47,112 bases of DNA from the IMG/VR virus record IMGVR_UViG_2585427763_000004. One strand, given 5' to 3'. Source of the stretch: a virus (Duplodnaviria; Heunggongvirae; Uroviricota; Caudoviricetes). The notes under the pieces are model-generated. The model ran no database searches and was not told where the DNA came from. It saw only the letters and a list, made by a program, of their open reading frames with translations. Positions 44,308-47,112 of the stretch are shown here, in pieces; position 1 is the stretch's first letter; each line of letters starts with the position of its first letter. The position numbers were made by a program, and so were the translations under genes.

Positions 44308-47112
44308 ATGACAGTAAAAATTTCTGGCGTGCTTAAAGATGGCACAGGAAAACCAGTACAGAACTGCACCATTGTGCTGAAGGCCAGACGAACCAGCAGC
44401 ACGGTGGTGGTGAACACGGTGGCCTCTGAAAATCCGGATGAAGCCGGACGTTACAGCATGGATGTTGAGCATGGTCAGTACAGCGTCACCCTGCTGGTTG
44501 AAGGTTTTCCGCCTTCACATGCCGGGACCATTACCGTCTATGAAGGTTCCAGACCAGGTACGCTGAATGATTTTCTCGGTGCCATGACGGAGGATGATGT
44601 CCGACCGGAGGCACTGCGCCGCTTTGAGCAGATGGTGGAAGAAGTGTCACGTAACGCCTCCGCGGTTGCACAGAATACGGCAGCCGCGAAAAAATCAGCC
44701 AGCGATGCCAGTGCATCAGCCAGCGAGGCGGTAACTCATGCAACCGATGCTGCAGCCTCAGCACGTGCCGCCAGCACGTCAGCCGGACAGGCCGCGTCGT
44801 CGGCTCAGTCAGCGTCTTCCAGCGCAGGAACGGCATCAACAAAGGCCAGTGAAGCATCGAAAAGTGCTGCTGCTGCAGAGTCCTCAAAAAGCGCGGCAGC
44901 TACCAGTGCCGCTGCGGCGAAAACGTCAGAAACGAATGCGGCAGCGTCACAACAATCAGCAGCCACTTCTGCATCCGCCGCGACCACGAAGGCGTCAGAA
45001 GCAGCCACCTCAGCCCGGGATGCGGCGGCCTCAAAAGAGGCAGCGAAATCATCAGAAACGAACGCATCATCAAGCGCCAGTAGTGCCGCTTCCTCGGCAA
45101 CGGCGGCAGGCAATTCCGCGAAGGCGGCAAAGACGTCTGAGACAAACGCCAGGTCTTCTGAAACGGCAGCGGGACAGAGCGCCTCGGCTGCGGCAGGCTC
45201 AAAAACAGCGGCTGCGTCGTCTGCCAGTGCCGCGTCAACAAGTGCCGGGCAGGCCTCAGCCAGTGCCACCGCCGCCGGAAAATCGGCAGAAAGCGCCGCA
45301 TCATCCGCTTCAACAGCCACAACGAAGGCTGGCAAAGCCACTGAGCAAGCCACTGCAGCAGCGAGGTCTGCTTCTGCAGCAAAAACCTCTGAAACAAATG
45401 CAAAGACTTCAGCAGACAATGCTGCTTCCTCTAAGGCGGCAGCCGCATCGTCAGCCAGTTCAGCGGCGTCATCGGCATCATCTGCGTCTGCTTCAAAAGA
45501 TGAGGCGACCAGACAAGCGTCAGCAGCGAAAGGTAGTGCCACGACAGCAACAATGAAAGCATCAGAGGCAGCTGGTAGTGTGACGGCGGCAGCTCAGAGC
45601 AAAAGTACGGCGGAATCCGCGGCAACGCGCGCCGAGACAGCAGCAAAACGGGCAGAGGATATTGCATCCGCCGTGGCGCTGGAGGATGCGAGCACGACGA
45701 AAAAGGGGATAGTACAGCTCAGCAGTGCGACCAACAGCACTTCCGAGTCACTGGCGGCAACGCCAAAAGCGGTTAAGGCGGTAATGGGTGAAACGAACAA
45801 GAAAGCGCCCTTAAATAGTCCTGCACTGACCGGAACGCCAACAACACCAACTGCGCGACAGGGAACGAATAATACCCAAATCGCAAGCACGGCTTATGTT
45901 ATGGCTGCGATCGCTGCCCTCGTGGACTCGTCGCCTGACGCACTGAATACGCTGAACGAGCTGGCTGCGGCGTTGGGCAACGACCCGAATTTTGCGACCA
46001 CCATGACTAACGCGCTTGCGGGTAAGCAACCGAAAGATGCCACCCTGACGGCGCTGGCCGGGCTTGCTACTGCGGCAGACAGGTTTCCGTATTTTACGGG
46101 GAATGATGTTGCCAGTCTGGCAATCCTGACAAAAGTTGGGCGGGATATTCTTGCGAAATCGACCGTTGCCGCCGTTATCGAATACCTCGGTTTACAGGAA
46201 ACGGTAAACAAGGCTGGTAACGCCGTTCAGCGTTCCGGCGATAAAATGACCGGAGAACTGAAAATTGGCACGGTGAATGCGCTGCGAATTTTCAATGATG
46301 CCTTCGGTCTTATTTTCCGTCGTTCAGAAGATTTTCTTCATTTCATTCCGACGGCTGAAGGACAAGGCGAAAACGGTGATATCGGCCCATTAAGGCCATT
46401 CGCTATAAATCTGAGAACAGGTGCTATATCTGTCAGCCACGGGGCCAAAATTGATGGTGGGCTGGCGCTTGGTACAGATAACGCACTGGGCGGTAATTCC
46501 ATTACTCTCGGAGATAACGACACTGGTATTAAACAGGGCGGCGACGGTGTCCTTTTATTCTATTCAAATGGACAACTGGCATTTGGGCTTCAACCCGCAT
46601 CTGCTGATTTTTATAAGCGGGTTGCATATATTCATCAGGGAATAATTCCTGATGGAAGTGGCGCATTTGCAGACCAGTTGAATAATGCCACCGCGCCTTT
46701 TGTTCAGACGCAGTTTGCCTGGAATCCCACTCCTGGTGGTCATTACGTGCCGATAGTTAAGGGCTTGTCCATTCGCAATGGACAGGGCTATCCCGGCGCG
46801 GTCAGCTTTGGGTATTTACTGACAGAACAGTATGGATTTCCGGTTCCATGTATTCATATGCGTGGCGATGGCGGTAATGATGCTTTATGGCAGTTTAACC
46901 CGAACCATAAATCCTTTATTTCACCGGGTGCTCTTATTGCGGGTGGCGTCCGTTATAACACCGATGGAAATATATTTGGTGGGTGCTGGGGGTCAAACTT
47001 AAATGATTACCTGAATAGTTCTTTTATCAGAAATGTGCGTCTGGGAGGCAGACGTTCTGACACATTATATCGCGGAGGACTTTGCGAACCAGGTAATGGT
47101 CATGTGACAACA
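44308..47112 (+). CDS. stf: Side tail fiber protein (Stf-like), 3'-partial: runs off the window end
   Basis: Not in the track because there is no stop in the window. Manual translation from the ATG at 44308 is open for 935 codons to 47112. N-terminus MTVKISGVLKDGTGKPVQNCTIVLKARR is near-identical to lambda Stf (MAVKISGVLKDGTGKPVQNCTIQLKARR). Ala/Ser-rich SETNA repeat region, then a divergent distal part. Confidence 0.85.
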   Translation, partial: MTVKISGVLKDGTGKPVQNCTIVLKARRTSSTVVVNTVASENPDEAGRYSMDVEHGQYSVTLLVEGFPPSHAGTITVYEGSRPGTLNDFLGAMTEDDVRPEALRRFEQMVEEVSRNASAVAQNTAAAKKSASDASASASEAVTHATDAAASARAASTSAGQAASSAQSASSSAGTASTKASEASKSAAAAESSKSAAATSAAAAKTSETNAAASQQSAATSASAATTKASEAATSARDAAASKEAAKSSETNASSSASSAASSATAAGNSAKAAKTSETNARSSETAAGQSASAAAGSKTAAASSASAASTSAGQASASATAAGKSAESAASSASTATTKAGKATEQATAAARSASAAKTSETNAKTSADNAASSKAAAASSASSAASSASSASASKDEATRQASAAKGSATTATMKASEAAGSVTAAAQSKSTAESAATRAETAAKRAEDIASAVALEDASTTKKGIVQLSSATNSTSESLAATPKAVKAVMGETNKKAPLNSPALTGTPTTPTARQGTNNTQIASTAYVMAAIAALVDSSPDALNTLNELAAALGNDPNFATTMTNALAGKQPKDATLTALAGLATAADRFPYFTGNDVASLAILTKVGRDILAKSTVAAVIEYLGLQETVNKAGNAVQRSGDKMTGELKIGTVNALRIFNDAFGLIFRRSEDFLHFIPTAEGQGENGDIGPLRPFAINLRTGAISVSHGAKIDGGLALGTDNALGGNSITLGDNDTGIKQGGDGVLLFYSNGQLAFGLQPASADFYKRVAYIHQGIIPDGSGAFADQLNNATAPFVQTQFAWNPTPGGHYVPIVKGLSIRNGQGYPGAVSFGYLLTEQYGFPVPCIHMRGDGGNDALWQFNPNHKSFISPGALIAGGVRYNTDGNIFGGCWGSNLNDYLNSSFIRNVRLGGRRSDTLYRGGLCEPGNGHVTT

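Noticed and set aside
44738-45556. Arg/Pro/Gln-rich 272-aa plus ORF and Ala-rich 245-aa minus ORF (44805..45542)
   Set aside because: Both are alternate-frame readings of the Ala/Ser-rich repeat region of the side tail fiber gene. The fiber frame (44308 onward) is the one matching lambda Stf.

Overview
This window is a single lambda-like (lambdoid siphovirus) prophage from an enterobacterial, E. coli-type host, collinear with phage lambda almost gene for gene. All calls rest on reading the supplied six-frame translations and the raw sequence against protein families recalled from memory; no database search was run. Order, left to right: integrase, excisionase and a large exonuclease on the minus strand; early-left small genes and a Rha-family gene; a divergent repressor/Cro-like switch with paired palindromic operators; a YdaT-like gene; an O-like replication initiator carrying two iteron arrays and a P-like helicase loader; a nin-like region with a hok-type toxin, a DUF968 protein, RusA and Q; the late promoter and its terminator; a DNA methyltransferase; two tRNAs; a NanS-p-like esterase; a pinholin / SAR-endolysin / Rz-Rz1 lysis cassette; a cos site identical to lambda cosN; then Nu1-A-W-B-C(Nu3)-D-E-FI-FII-Z-U-V-G/T-H-M-L-K-I-J-lom and the 5' part of a side tail fiber gene that runs off the window. 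The integrase stop codon sits at positions 1-3, so the attachment site lies left of the window. No stx genes and no CRISPR array are present. I did not identify a clearly novel multi-gene system. The best candidates for undescribed biology are the AT-rich accessory islands that interrupt the backbone: the cargo slot after the tRNAs, an unknown ORF between holin and endolysin, an RHH-protein pair before cos, a lipoprotein cassette between I and J, and the early-left pair in the rex/N position.
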